From assembly GCA_905178155.1 (NCBI GenBank), contig CAJINV010000019.1:1162913-1226912 (forward strand): a DNA stretch of 64,000 nucleotides, in the 5' to 3' direction. Every line of letters begins with the position of its first letter. Position 1 is the first letter of the stretch. Origin of the DNA: Amoebophrya sp. A120. Its lineage: Eukaryota > Protista > Dinoflagellata. The notes beneath the pieces were generated by a model. That model worked only from the letters and a program-made list of their open reading frames with translations. It was not told the DNA's origin and ran no database searches. Positions 37,510 through 50,800 of the stretch are shown one piece after another. A program made the position numbers and the translations under genes.

Positions 37510-39062
37510 CTACTGCTCGAGAAGCTTTTCACAGCTGTTTATGACCATCTTCAAGCCGTCCGAGTCTACCTCCTGTAACAAGGCCATAATTGCACACAGG
37601 ATGTTGTCGCTGCGCTCGGTTGGTTTGCTCACATCGCGAGCAGAAGCGCCTTTTGTGCTCCTGGGTGGTAGAACTTCCGGCGACCCGGGCCTCTTTGGCC
37701 TCTGAGTGGAATTATTTCCCGCATGAAACTGCTCTCCTCGCTGCACATCCTGTGTATTTTTATTTCTTCGTGGACGGTTGATTCATACAGAGTGGAGATT
37801 GTTTTTACAATTGTGGTCCAGCATCGCACTTGATCTTTTGCCTCGAAGCCTGTCGTCATGGCAACAAAAACAGAAGTATCAATCGATATAAACCTCCGGC
37901 GCTGCCCTCTCGACGCCACCAAGCCTGCGCCCCGCGGTTTCCACCGTCGCGCTAGCTCTAGCGCTCTCGTGGTCGTTGGCATTCCCGTCGAGGGAGCTTT
38001 TTTTCGCTTTCTCTTTCAACGGCGTTTGTGTCGTGATGTCCTGCGATAGTTGCTGTGAAGTCGTACCACCTAACAGTTGCTGCTGCTGCTGTTGCCATCG
38101 CCGCTCGTGGTTCGGGTGCAGTACTAGCTCAATATCCGGAATCTTACCGCCGCCCTTCGTCGCTGCCGTTGACATGTCCTTCATGTGCCGCGAGTCCAGA
38201 GTGCTGTGGTTTGTTTTTTTGCATCTTTCGAATCAGTAAGTTTGTCATGCAATTACATCACTCATGCAACACGAAACATTTTTAACAAAAAAAACCTATA
38301 CGACATGTGCGGATTCTGATCCTTCCATATCGCCTCGTGGATTTCCTGTGCGGTCCTTTTTTTCACGCTTCCCGGCCCGTCACTCCCCGCTGTAATGCTG
38401 GACCGCCGCGCGCGGAGCTTGGGTCGCGCACTGCCCGGTGCGTTATTTTGGCCTCGGAAGGTTGAAGCTCCACCGCCACTGGACGGTCCGGCTTTGGATG
38501 TCCCTGTGATCAGGTTGACGGGATTACCTCCATGTGCCGAGGGCGAAGCCGTGCCGGCACCGGCGTGAGAATTACCGCCGCCCCGGGCCGAATACAGGCC
38601 GCCAACGGAATAGTTCGCGTCCCCGGTTAGATCGCCGTCGCTCGAGGCCGAGTTCGCCCCTGAAGTAGTAGCACTGGTGTACACGTCGGAATCTAGCCGC
38701 TGCAAGTTCGGGAGCCGGCTGAGCACGTAGTCCTTGTAGTCGGGAATTTCGGCGATGGGATTGTCCGCGAGCCACAGGACGCGCAACTCCGGCAACTTCT
38801 CCAGGAACTGGATCTCTTCTAGAGATTTCACGTCGTTTTTCCGGAGATAAAGCTCACGGAGGTGGACGCACTTCGCGAAGGGCCGGAGACTGTGGATTTT
38901 GTTCACGGACAGGGAGCAGACCTCCAGCGCCGGCAACTTCTCCACTAAGGAAACGTCCGCCAAATCGTTGCCCCACAAGTTCAGATTTTTCACCTGGTCC
39001 AGGCTGGCACACTTCGCCCGGTTCAGGACCAGCTCCTCCGTCAGAGTAGCGCGGTTCTCCAT
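37510..39062 (-). CDS. CFAP410: Cilia- and flagella-associated LRR protein 410 (C21orf2) homolog; 2 GT-AG introns
   Basis: N-terminal LRR VKNLNLWGNDL..LSVNKI..LRELYLRKN..LRVLWLADNP..LPNLQRLD and C-terminal NILCAIMALLQEVDSDGL motif typical of the family. Confidence 0.85.
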
Positions 39063-39647
39063 TGTTGTTTGTGGAGTGAAAGTTACTTGGAAAGAAGTGA
39101 ACAAGAGTATGTTGTTTTCCACTACGCTTTAAAATTCTTGCTGGTACAACACAATTCCCAGGTTTATTCCATCTCATTCTCTACTTTCGTACTTTTGCTT
39201 TTGCAGCCTTGTACCTCAGCGCCGCATCGTCGGCTCAAATAAAGTGCGACACGTGCAGGTGGGCCGCACCACGTACTCTTTACGTAGTTGTGCATCTTTG
39301 GCCACTATCTCAATCAGTACTAGAGGAAGAGCCGTCTAAAATGTTCGTGCCTCATCTCGTTCAGACCATCAAACTTTTTGTAAATGAAATACGGGTCGTC
39401 TTCGTGTGCGCTTGATGTGAACACACAGGCCGCGCAAGAACTTCCTATTCTGCGTCTTCTCCTTTTTGCAAAGGGTTCGACTGAAACATCGTGCGCCGGG
39501 AGTCAGTCTTGTTCACAACACTGGCTTTGTCACAACTTCAACTTCTGCCGACATACATGATGAACAACTATGAAAGAAGATATTAAACACGACGTGACTA
39601 AACACAACTGCCCCAGCACCGACGGTCCAGGCTGAGTTTACTACCAG

Positions 39648-41324
39648 CTATCCGCAGTGCCACACTTCCGTGCTTGCGTCTTCAAACGAAAACTGACGGA
39701 GACTTCGCTGCTGGTACGGGGCGTGGTGGTCGTCGTGTTTTGCCTCCTGCTCATTCGGAGTGTTAGTAGTACACGACGACAAGAACGCCTTATCATTATA
39801 CAAGGCTTTTTTCACCAATTCCACCAAAGCCGAGCCTGCGCTGGCTCCAAAGCTGCTGGTACTACTGCCGCTGCTGCCAAAACAGCGGTGGAAGAGCAAA
39901 CTGACATTCTTGGAAATCAGGTACTGGCACTCAATCGGGGCGAGCTCAAAAGATCTCGTCAAAACCACGAAGGTGGGGGTCGAGGGGGTGAAACCGGAAT
40001 GGTAAAAATGGTCGCGATGTTGTTCCGTCGAGGACGATGACAGTAAGGCGAAAAGTTGCCGGACGAAGCTCGGGTTGTGCTCGGCTGATGGAGTCGAAGA
40101 AGAGGATGTCGCTGATGACAGATTACGACAAGCACTCTCAAGATTCAGCCCGCAATACAGAATCGTCTTGAACCTCCGTGTTTGCAGCGACTCGGGGATT
40201 AGCAGGGCAGAGTTGGATGATGATGTTGCACTAGTGATTATCCCTGATCCGCCCCCCGCAGTGTTTTCCGCGCGTTGTTGTATTTCTCCCGGTGAGTTAT
40301 TGTTTCTGCGGGGGAGCTCGACAACCTCGAAGAAATGAGAGTTGTTCTTCCCTCCTGCGGAACATTTCGGTGCTGCATCTTGCCTCAGCCGCAGGTCCTC
40401 GGCGAACGAAGACCCCGACTCGGTGAGGACGGTGAGACCTGCAACAGGGTGAGTTTGATAAAACCTCGGAGATGATGTGGCTACTCCGCGAGCTGATGTG
40501 CCACTAGAGCTGCAACCATCGCTTGTAGAAGTTCCAGCAACTCCTGCATCAAAGCCCGCTCGACGTACCACCTCCAAGGCTCGCACGACGCCCATGGCCG
40601 CCCGGTGGTTCGCGACCAGCAATATATCCTCTTCCAGCGCGCCAACAGGGAGCCTCGCCAGCAATTCCAGCCCCGCCACGGTGGATTCCAGCTGGGAAAG
40701 CAATGAGCTTGAACGTGCTCTCGCAGTTTGAAGATTTTCTTGCACCTCCCCGGGTCGTAGCTCATCATGCTCCGCGTGAGAACCATCGACTCCAGACGGC
40801 ACGGGGAAGACGTGCGAGTAGTGGACCGAAATGAGCGTGTCGGGCTGAAGCAGAGTGGCCGCGATATTTTCGCCTGAAGAGTACGTCGCGTTGCTGCTTG
40901 TTGTAGTGTGCGTCGATACTACTCCAGGTTCCACATACGACCCGCCTTCGTATAATCCTCCTGGCGCGGATGAATAATCCGCGTTGCTGTAATGGTCTCT
41001 GTGCAGCGAGGAAAATTCCGAGGTAGAGGAACTACTACGCTGGTACATTTCCTGTACTAGCTTTTTCCGCAACGCCTCCTCGTCAATAACCGCGATGACA
41101 GGCTCGTTTGGCCGGAGGTAGTTGTGGATTGGTGAGGAACCATTATTGCTAAATGTCGTAGTTTTCGTAGTCGTGCCATCATCATCATGCTGGTCAACAT
41201 CTCGTCGCGCATCCTGGACAAAGATTCTGCCCCGGCAGAACAAAAAGTGCGGCGACCACGCTTCCACTCGGATGTTGACTCGCCAGGGCGAGGATGGGGG
41301 AGCAGGAGAGGAACGCGACGACAT
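39648..41324 (-). CDS. Hypothetical 558-aa protein; weak resemblance to CRYZL1/quinone-oxidoreductase-like proteins
   Basis: Long intronless ORF. The C-terminal FELAPIECQYLISKNVSLLF recalls CRYZL1 (from memory, unverified). Confidence 0.55.
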   Translation of the reverse strand: MSSRSSPAPPSSPWRVNIRVEAWSPHFLFCRGRIFVQDARRDVDQHDDDGTTTKTTTFSNNGSSPIHNYLRPNEPVIAVIDEEALRKKLVQEMYQRSSSSTSEFSSLHRDHYSNADYSSAPGGLYEGGSYVEPGVVSTHTTTSSNATYSSGENIAATLLQPDTLISVHYSHVFPVPSGVDGSHAEHDELRPGEVQENLQTARARSSSLLSQLESTVAGLELLARLPVGALEEDILLVANHRAAMGVVRALEVVRRAGFDAGVAGTSTSDGCSSSGTSARGVATSSPRFYQTHPVAGLTVLTESGSSFAEDLRLRQDAAPKCSAGGKNNSHFFEVVELPRRNNNSPGEIQQRAENTAGGGSGIITSATSSSNSALLIPESLQTRRFKTILYCGLNLESACRNLSSATSSSSTPSAEHNPSFVRQLFALLSSSSTEQHRDHFYHSGFTPSTPTFVVLTRSFELAPIECQYLISKNVSLLFHRCFGSSGSSTSSFGASAGSALVELVKKALYNDKAFLSSCTTNTPNEQEAKHDDHHAPYQQRSLRQFSFEDASTEVWHCG

Positions 41325-41944
41325 GGTATATGGTTTTTTTCAGCACGGAGATGCGTCTTTCTATTTTATTTATCTAGTGAAGGAGAGTCGCTCGGCAATG
41401 TCGTAAATGTTCTTCTGTGGTAGAAGTTCTGCGCAGATGAGCTTAGCAGATAGAAATCACTTGTGGTAGCTGTGCGCAAAAGCCTCTCTTGGAAGATAGA
41501 CGTCACTTGACGCCATTGCACACTTCTCCCCTTTCTGTAGTGAGGAGTTTCACCCGTGTGACCACTCCAAGAAAGAAACAGTTTCAGGATTTTCACCACA
41601 CTACAAAGTCACTCCACCGACCGCAGCAAGCCGTGGGTGTTCTTCAACCGCCCAGCACATGAAGAAAAATATATTGTGTGCAGATTGTTCACATCCGTGA
41701 CCGGGTTGGTTCTTGTGCCTTTTTGCACTCGTCTCCTGATGCACATGCAAGCCATTCTGTTTCATCAGCGCGGTTTCATCTTCAGGGGACGTTCTCGTTA
41801 GCACTTCATAAACTGCTCACGCGTTTCCCATCGCGGCCTTAGCCAAAGAATTGACCTCAAACGACTTATCTTCTTCCCAGCCACGATGAAACCACTGCCC
41901 ATCCTTTTCACGCTATCCTGCGAAAATAAAGCGTGTTTGCATCT

Positions 41945-43336
41945 TCACAGACGTGCATGACAAACTGTTCCTCGTCTTGCACTGAGCCTACTGATCATGA
42001 CATAACTACTTACGCCTGCACCAAACCTGGAGGGTGCGGCACTGAAGAATATGGTCGTCGTTCTAGGAAACTCTTTGGGGAACTCTGGGAGCACGTAGTT
42101 ACTCATGGCAAGCGCAACCCATAGTGCAGCACGACCTCTGTCTTGATGCAAACAACATTTTCGACATGATAAGTGCTCAATTTCGTTGTCCCAACCCACC
42201 GGCAGGTTGTATTCCAACCGCAGCCGCTCCCGGATCGCCTTGCGTCGCCGCGACCAATAGTTTTCGCCGTAAGAAAGGTTCGCACAGGCGTGAACTGATA
42301 AGATTCTTTTTTCCAGTCTATTTGTGTCGCGCATTACGCTTCACAGTTTATTTTTCCCTTCACAAAAATGCAAATACAGAAAACTCGTCATCCCGGTCAT
42401 CAGTACAAAAAATATTACCCGCCAACCCGGTCATGAGCAGGATGCAGACGACACAGCCCCAGTCCTTGCTGGGATCCTTGACCAACGCCCACCCGGGAAA
42501 CCGCTTCGACAGCTTGCCATTTGCGTGCCGGATGGTCACCTTCGCCATGTAGCCCTTGCGATGACACTTGCGAAACAGCTGTCCAGTGTCACCCTGCGTC
42601 TTGGTCTGAATAAGTTTTTGTCGGGACGGTAAAAACAAGTGCGCTACTTACTCCCTCATCGAGGTGGTCCTACCGGGTCATGGAGAATCATGCCGACACG
42701 ACAAATTTCTCATGACACATAGCGCAGTTGTAGTAGATGAGAAGATTTAATGTTCCGTCTGCATTTCAAGTATACTTTGTGACTCTGCCAGCGTCCATCC
42801 TTCTCCCAGGGCTGCTGCCGGCGCAGCCCGCCCTCCACTTTCGCCAGGTCCCCGGGTAGCTGCGTCCGCTCCCGAAAAAGTTTCTCCGGCGGATCCATCC
42901 GCGGCAACGAGGTGGGTACGCGATCAAACGTCGGAGTAGTTGCGGAGGTACCAGTACTGCTGGTGAGGGAAGACGAGGAGGAGCTAGTGCTTCCCGCATT
43001 GGTAATGCCGCTGTTTGATGGCGTGCTGATCATGTCCGATGTCGAGAAGTGCATTCGCTGCATAATTTTGTTCCTTCCCACAATCAAGCGCGGCTCTGGA
43101 GGCGAGGGTAATAAGAAGCTCCGTCTTGTTGTACCGGCCCAAGGCGCTGCTTGTGCTGCGACAACGCGCCCAGTGGATGAAGTCGACCCTCCGGCGCAAC
43201 CTCCTGAAGTCCCTGGAAGATGAACCGCCGACGCTCCGGCACGCAGCGCATAACAAGGCAGGCCACTAGTACCAGCGCTGTAGCCGGCTGTGGCCTTGTT
43301 GGCTTTCCGAGGAAGAGTTCTGGTGTAAAGGCTCAT
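41945..43336 (-). CDS. Hypothetical, probably mitochondrial, single-TM protein; GT-AG introns, 3' structure uncertain
   Basis: Arg/Ser-rich presequence-like exon 1, micro-exon DHLDEG, exon with TM WGCVVCILLMTGLAG; last junction unresolved. Confidence 0.45.
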
Positions 43337-43930
43337 CTTAATATCTCGTACTTTTTAACAAGTACAACTTCCTGCTGGTTCAAACAACTGGTGGACGGGC
43401 CAAAATTGGGAAAGAGCAGCACACCACCTCGAGCAGACATTTGTAAAACTGAAACCGACACGGTGTACGAATCGCACGAACGGCGCTCGAAAAAAACCGA
43501 AGCGGACGATTTGACAGAGGAGGAGTTTTTTTCGGTTCGTTTCTGTCAACTCGCCATTGGGAGCATTAATACCGTGCGCATGTTTCTTGCTTGTCTGGTA
43601 TCTTGTCGTTGTCAATTTGTTCCACTAGAAACGAGTCAAAAGTAGCTCGCGCGCAGTTCCGTTAAGTGATCACAATCTATGACGGCTGCAAAAATCCGCG
43701 CAGGTACGCCGCGCATCTTTATATTTTGAAATTTTTGCTTGGAAACTTCCTGCTTGGTCAACAACAGAACGGCTGCTATTGCAGTATGCGAAACGGAAAC
43801 AGTTCAGAGAAACAACGGTATCGTTCTTGTGCTAGAATTGATAGTAAATCGAATTTGTCAAAGTCTCCTGCGAGAGCCCCAGTTCTGGGAAAGCGGCAGT
43901 TGTACGGTGGTCTTTGGCAACAAGTCGTCC

Positions 43931-46107
43931 TCACACGTGCACTACCGCACAAGACCCACCCGCCGCCCCGGTCGCCTGCCGCAGACAGATCGCCTTGCAG
44001 GTTTCGACAAACGCTTCCAAATTCAGACTCTTCTGAAACGCGAAGTAGCAGTCCAGCAAGTCATCTCGAGCGCCCAGGACAGACAACTTTTCCGCCTCGA
44101 GAGTGGACAAAAACCCGTCGGTATTAAAATGAAAAATGCCCCCACCCCCAGCTTGGCAGCATTTGTATTGCAAACCTTTCCAACTGAAACATTCCCCGTC
44201 TTGTATATCTCAGCATCACAAATTTTCCATGCTGAATAGGTCAAATTTGTCTTGCAAAGTAGCCCAACAGCAGCCGGATCTCTTATGCACAAGACACCTT
44301 GCGCACCCAGATTCTGCATCAGAAACGCTCGCAATCCTTTTATGCCAGACAAAAAGCTTTCATTTGGAAACTTTGCATGACAAACTTCTGCAAATTCCGG
44401 GGTGGGGGCATTTTTCACTGCAGTAGTCGGCTTTCAGGGCCGAGAAGAGGGACGCGAGGTGGGTTTTCAGCAGAAACTCGTGCAAGCGAAGGAAGGCGGC
44501 CTTCTTCGGTTTTAACGAACCGCCACCGCCCGTCAGGAGGGTTGGCGGCGCCGTAGGTTGTGTTCTTGGGGCAGCACCGTAGTTCGTTCTCGTTTCTGAT
44601 GTTGACAACATTTTTCCACCGTGACCGTCGTGCGCCGATTTATTGTTGCCGCCACTGTAGCTTGGCTTGGGTGCCGCGCTGTAGATTGGCTTGTTTTTTG
44701 GTCCACCTCTTGCGGAACAAGGTTCATATCTGCCGGAGCCGCTACCGCAGTCCGCAGGGTGGAGGCTGTAAAAAGAGTATGGTTGGTGACAGTCAAAGTT
44801 CTTGTGAAAAATGCGGTTTTTTAATACATCTGCGACTGCCGGTTGCTTGTCTGTGATTAAAGCCAGGTACGTACGAAGGACATTTTCCAAACAGGACGCA
44901 AAGATTTTTCACCGTTCTACTTCTCAACACAATATCACTGTACTCTCGCCTCCCAACCGCCCTGCACCCGGACCCACTCGACGTCGGCGGACTCGAGTTT
45001 GGTGGCAGTCTGTTTGGTGTCCTTTCTACACACTCGGCGTCTAAGAAATCTGCTTCTCCGCCTCGCATTTCAGCGGTTGATATTTGCTGCTGATAACCGT
45101 AGCCCCCATTTCCGTACTGCCGACTGGTTGCGGGCGGGGTTGAGGCTGTGGTCGGGCTAATGTGCTGCTGCGTGAAGCGATTGGTCGGTGGTCCGGGCGG
45201 ATGGAAACCAGAGTGTGCTCCTGCTTCGTCGGCATACTTACCGCCGTGCCGGTGAAACACGCCTGAGAAGATGAGTATGTAAAATTTGTTCTTCAACGGT
45301 TGAATTATGGTGAGAACGCCGAGACTTCATTCGTTTCAGTGATCAACATGGATGTTTAAAAATCAGTCATATTCACAGAACCACTAGCATCACCTTGCCG
45401 TGCCATAGGGTCATCTCCACCTTCAGTCGTGTTGTACAAGCTCCCCACACCACCAATCGGCGGACTGTTGTTGCCGATTGTCGAGGGGCTCAGCTGCGGC
45501 GAGGGCTTCATCGCTATTTCGAGATAAGCATTCGCATTCCCGCTCGATTGCTTTCGGGTGGATAGGTTTTGCCCTCTTCGTGCGGTGTCTGGCGTGGAGG
45601 TTATTTGCTGCTGCTGATTGTACGCGAACTGCTGCTGTAGTTCCATGGTTTTCGCCCGGACACGCCCAGTGGAGGAAGAGGACCTGTAAGTTGCCGTGAC
45701 ATGTCAGGTAAACGAACAACCAAAAGAGCGGCCTTGTTATTTACAACTTTAGTTTCTAGTAACAAGTGCATACACTGACATTACCCTCCATACTGCCCGG
45801 CGGTTTGTCTGCTTCTGCTACTCCCCCGCGTCGCCGAAGAGGTTGTCCCAGCCGCGCTCCCCCGCGCGGAGTCGAGGTTACTCTGTACGTAATTGTTGTT
45901 ATTCCCACCTTTATTACCGCGCTGCAGACTCGCGTCGCGCCTCCTCGTGTTGCTACTGCTTCTGGTGGTCCCCGAAATGGTTCTGTCGCCGGTTCGCGAT
46001 TCCGGCGCAAAGGTCATGTAGTTGTAGCGGCAACTACCCTGCCCGTACGTAGCGAAGACCTCGCCGAAGGTCGCGAGGGAAGGGGGTTTCCGCCCGGTGT
46101 AACTCAT
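43931..46107 (-). CDS. Hypothetical protein; GT-AG introns + 1 introner
   Basis: Chain of minus-strand ORFs; frame restored across 44122-44425 (..ALKADGFLSTLEAEK..). Confidence 0.5.
44122..44425. mobile_element. Introner family H
   Basis: TIRs; TSD gtcgg. Confidence 0.9.
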
Positions 46108-46684
46108 CTTTAGATTTTTCGGCTTGGAGTAGGAATAGCGAAAGATTGGTAGACGCTCCGCTTGAAGTAGACCACCTGATGCGCGGCGCAGTCTAAAAGC
46201 TTTTGAAGTGTAGCAGTAATTGTAATTCCTGCTAACAGCAAAACTCATAATAAAAAAGGATTTCTGTCCGCTCAGAGAAGGTCTGTTTCGTGCAACCGGT
46301 CGGCTCTCTCTTGTTCCTTCGGTCAGAAAGTTGTTTCAACGCAAAAACAAATTCGCGGACAAGAGCACGCGGAAGATAAAGTCAGTCAGAAACAAGCGGC
46401 GTTTCTTTGTACTTTTCTTTACAGCCAGTCTCTCACTCTCGACGGAAAGAAGTGAAAAAACTACATTGTCGCAGTGACTCTAGCAACCGGAAAAATGAAA
46501 ACCTTTACGGCTTTGGAACAGAGCTTCAAACTGACTGAGTAGACGCTGCGCACTTCCTTTGTCAATGTTGTATCCTCGCGCGCAATGTTGCGAGCAGGCT
46601 TTATACCATTTTCAAGAAACTGAACTACCAAGTGCGTCCGCGTTGTAATTACTTATCCTGTGCCATCTCCGTATCAAAACTGCA

Positions 46685-47801
46685 TCAACAACCAAGTTTC
46701 GGCGGATACAAATTGCTGCTCTGTATCAACCCTGAAACCAAGTGCATGGCCGCGAGCCTCTTCTCGGGAATCTCCACCGCCAGACCCCGGGACAGCGGTA
46801 TCCCCATGTCCCCGAGGTGGCACAGCAGCGTCCGGTAGCACTGGTACCGAATCTGCTTTCGCTGGTCCCGGGACAAGTGCGGTTCCCCGCGGTGCAGCCG
46901 GATCAATTTGCACAGTTCGGTCAGCGCGCCGCAGCACAGCGCGACGAGCCAGAGCCGCGCCGCTTTCGTTGCGTAGTACGTGGCATTTACCGCCTTGACG
47001 TCGGCGAGCGCGCCTATTTTGTACAGAATTTGCCAGTTCTCGCTACCCCACCGGAGCGCGAAGAAAAAGCGGGACAGCGCGTGCAGGTACCGAACCTCCC
47101 GGGGGAGGGTGATGGTGTGCAAGGTTTGTATCCCCGGCAAAAGTGTTTCGTACGCGTATACGAAATGGCATTTAGTTTTAGTGCCTGAATCTGCATTACA
47201 AATCCGTTTTTCTTTTTGAATATATTTGTCACATGCGATTTCTACTTAGTACGATGCTTTTGCAATGCGTAGTCTGCTGCACAGTGCGGAACTCCATCAT
47301 CGACTTTCCGAACCAGTGCATCCGCCGCGCGTCGAGCATGGCCCGCCAAAACCGCTCCAGGCGGTACGGGAGGGTGGTGATGTGGCCAAAGGGTGCTGTG
47401 GTCTCGCCCCCCGTTCGTTCCAGTAGCACCGCGGCTGCCAGGCGCGCGGCAAACTGCAGGACCTTGGCGAACTTGTCCCGGCTATGCGAGTGCGCTTGAT
47501 GTTCTCCCGCTCGTTCTTTAATTTGTCATGCAAAAGGGCAACTCTACCTGCTGTGGCTGCCTTTGAGCACGACCTTGCATGAAATTTGCAACACGACTGT
47601 AAACCGCTGCAGTAAAATTATCCGTCATGCGTGGAGATTGTAGTCATACAACACTCACTTTTCTTCTGTCGGATGTGTTGCTACTCAAGCCCTGCAGGAG
47701 CTGTGAGGGGGGAGCGGTGCACTCTCATATCGGCCCTCCGAACGCGACAGGAAGTCCAGAAGTCGGTCACGCTCGTGGCGCACCGCGGCCAGCGCCGCCA
47801 T
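46685..47801 (-). CDS. PEX11: Peroxisomal biogenesis factor 11 (2 introners)
   Basis: Spliced N-terminus MAALAAVRHERDRLLDFLSRSEGRDKFAKVLQFAARL..ARRMHWFGK and C-terminal TM region are characteristic of PEX11. Confidence 0.85.
47129..47271. mobile_element. Introner family I (TIR TAT...GCAAAAGYATCGTAC)
   Basis: TIRs; flanks gtttg/gtctg. Confidence 0.8.
47483..47729. mobile_element. Introner family E
   Basis: TIRs; flanks ccggc/tcggc; splits PEX11 GR|DK. Confidence 0.85.
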
Positions 47802-47884
47802 GGTTTGTCAAGAAGCTTTGCGGGCCGTCGCTCTCGCTCTTCCTGTGCAGTCTCGAGATAGGGATCTGTACGGATTTTTTGTAC

Positions 47885-50800
47885 TAGGGAAAGGACTGAT
47901 AGCGTAGCCCTCTCCCGGTGAGGAAAGCGGGAAAGAAAGACCGCGAAAACAGGCCCGGGTCCGTAATCATTTGGACCCGTACTACCGCGGATCACTATGA
48001 AGAGCACTAGGCCAGCGTTCGCCGGGGGCTCCAGAGATAACAAGCTATGCGTGCGCGCTGCGGTTCTACGGCATGAATTACCGGAATTCTCAGGTCCCCG
48101 ACCGCTTTCCCGTCCCCGCCACCGGCCGCTGAAGGCTGAGCTGGCCGGGCGAGAAATCTCGCGGTGGAGCTTCTCCCGCGGCGAAGCCAGAAGGGCCCTT
48201 TGCAGGCTCGGGGGTAGCGTCTTGGCAAGGCGGGGGCGGGCCCGCAGGCGGAAGAGGTCCGAGAACCTGTAGCTACAGCGGAAAGTCGAACAGCAGTGGC
48301 CTCCCCCGGCGCGCGCCCGCGCGGCGTAGCGCCGAAATGCCGGGCGAAATAGCGCCGCGGGGTGCGGCGCCCATGGCTTCTCCACTTCCCTCATACTGGC
48401 CGAAGCAGTGCCGACCTGCTTCGGCGGCAGCGGACTTAACCTTGTTACCAAGTTGCGGAGCCATTTCGTCGAGCCGGTCCTTGGTGCCTCCGGTAGGAAC
48501 CCGGCGCGCGCAGCACCGCCGTGGGCCGCTGGCTTTGCACGCATGCACCCGGCGGCTTGGGGCAGGGGTCGACCCAAGAAAACCGCGCCTCGCCGGGGGG
48601 CCTTTTGGCACTCCGATAGGCCGCGGGGGCGGGCCGTGCGGTTCGTCTCGGCTTTTCCGCGGTAATTTGGAAAAGGAAAGTGCGCGCGGGCGATGCGTGT
48701 GCGCTCGCGCGCGGCCTCTACCGGCGGGGCCCGGTCAGGTCGGCCCGGGTAGGAACGCGCACAATCTGGATAGAGTATGAAGCTCGAGCGGGCCGGCAAT
48801 ATGGGTCGCCGTGGCAATCGATCGAAGCGCGGAAACTGTCCGGCCGCGCCATGCCCTGCTGGTTGTTGCGGGCCCTCTTCGCACTGATATCGCGCAACGA
48901 TGTCCGCCCTGATCCGTTTGCGTTTCCACTGGCGCGAAACCGTAAGACCAGGTGGGGAATGCGCTTCCCGACCGCGGTCCGCCCCCTCGCGGTCAGCCAT
49001 AGCATGGATCTAGGCGGCCCACTGACTCAGGCCCTTCGGGGTCCGGAGAAATGGTCCCACCTTCATTATGCTCAGGGGGTCCCAATTGGGAGGGACCTTT
49101 TTCAAAGAGCAAAAATCTGAAAAAAATAAAAACTGCAATCACATGCACAAAACAGGGGGTATCACATATGCAAGAGAGACGCATCCCACGCGTTAAGCTT
49201 GTGCTGTACATCCCAACACTCTTTCACCGCTTAGAATGATCAAAAATTGGTAATTTTGCAAAATGCAAAAAATTTCTTTCAATTTTGCCTTTGCAGAATT
49301 TTGAATAATGCACCTACTCACTTCGTTTAAATGATTACAGAAATGCTTTACCGTTTAACTATCATGCCATCATGATAATTTCATTATATATTTCATAATA
49401 TAATCTTACATTGGAAATTTTCAAAAATTCCAAAAAATTTCATTTTTTTGACCGTCAAAAATTTCCATAAAAGTGGTCAACTATGTGAAAAATAAACAAG
49501 AAGTGTTGTACTTTTTCAATATATTGCTTTTATATGTGCCGAATTCTTAATATATTGGTTCAATCTGAGAAAATCCAAAAATTCTTCAAACATTCGCCAG
49601 CCCAGTTTCTTCAGAAATATAATCAAAAACGAAAAAATAACAATAAATTTTAACAGTGTGTCCCATATGGATCACATATGTCATATTTTATAACTGAGCG
49701 GCTCTTTCTTACATAGAATTTTGGACTAATTGCAAAAATTCAAAAAATCAGAAAAATTTGCAATCTCAAAATTGACAAAAAAAAGTTGCAATAAGATACA
49801 AACTGAGCTGAGGTATGTCACATCCATGCATTTTATTGCACGTTGGGCGATATGCTTGGCTTTTCTTGTGTTTACATCAGTAAGATTTGGGAAAATCAGA
49901 AAAAGTTACGCATGCGCGTGAGCCTGCCGAATGCGCGGGGTTTGATTGGCCCAGGCGTGGCCAAGGTCGCGGCCGTCTGGTGTGCTGGGTGGGCCTGCGG
50001 GGTCGCAGGGGCGGGCACACTTGCCCGGGGCGGAGGGCCGCCGCTGGGGCGGTCCGCGGAAGGCGTTCGGAGGGTGCAGCCCCTCCTGTTCCAGGCGTGC
50101 CGCATGCGGCTGCCCCGATTTGCCTGTAGGGGCATGCCAGGCTCCATCCCTGGTTGCCAGGGTGCGGCCTTGGCATCTTGTTGCGATCCGGTCGATCCGT
50201 GCCACACGGAAGCGCGACCGCCGGCCGTCCAGGCCTGTGGTCTGGCGGCGGTTTTGTATGTTTGGGCAGCAGGGAAAGCTGCTCCTGGGACACTGGTTTG
50301 TGCCCAGGACGGTTTTCTTGGTAGGGATTCGCCTCCCTCCCCCACTGCAGGCGCCGGTCTATTGTGCAAAGACCGGAAGGGGCGGTACGTTCATGAGGAA
50401 CGCGCCCCCGTCGTTGGTTGATTGGCTGTAGCATCGGCGCGACGATGCGGCTGATCGCTCCTATGCGTTGGAGCCCCCCGGTGCGATGGGGATTTTTGTG
50501 CGTTATGCGTCTGTGGTAGACGCGCCTCGCTTCGAGGCTTCGCAGCCCAAGGTAGGCTTGCGTCGATTTCGGGCTCCGGTCTGATGCAGCTTGCGCTGCT
50601 TGCGGCGCCGCGCGCGCATGATTTGCAGCCTGTGGTAGGCTTGCGGTGATTTCTGCCTCCGGGCCGAGGCTTGTGCGATGCCTGCGCCGCTTGCAGCGTG
50701 TGGTAGGCGGACGCCGGTTCGTTGCTCCGGTGCGAATCTCGAGCGGCTTCCTGCATGCTGGTAATGTGTACAGCCTATGACAGGCGTGCGTCGGCTTTTG

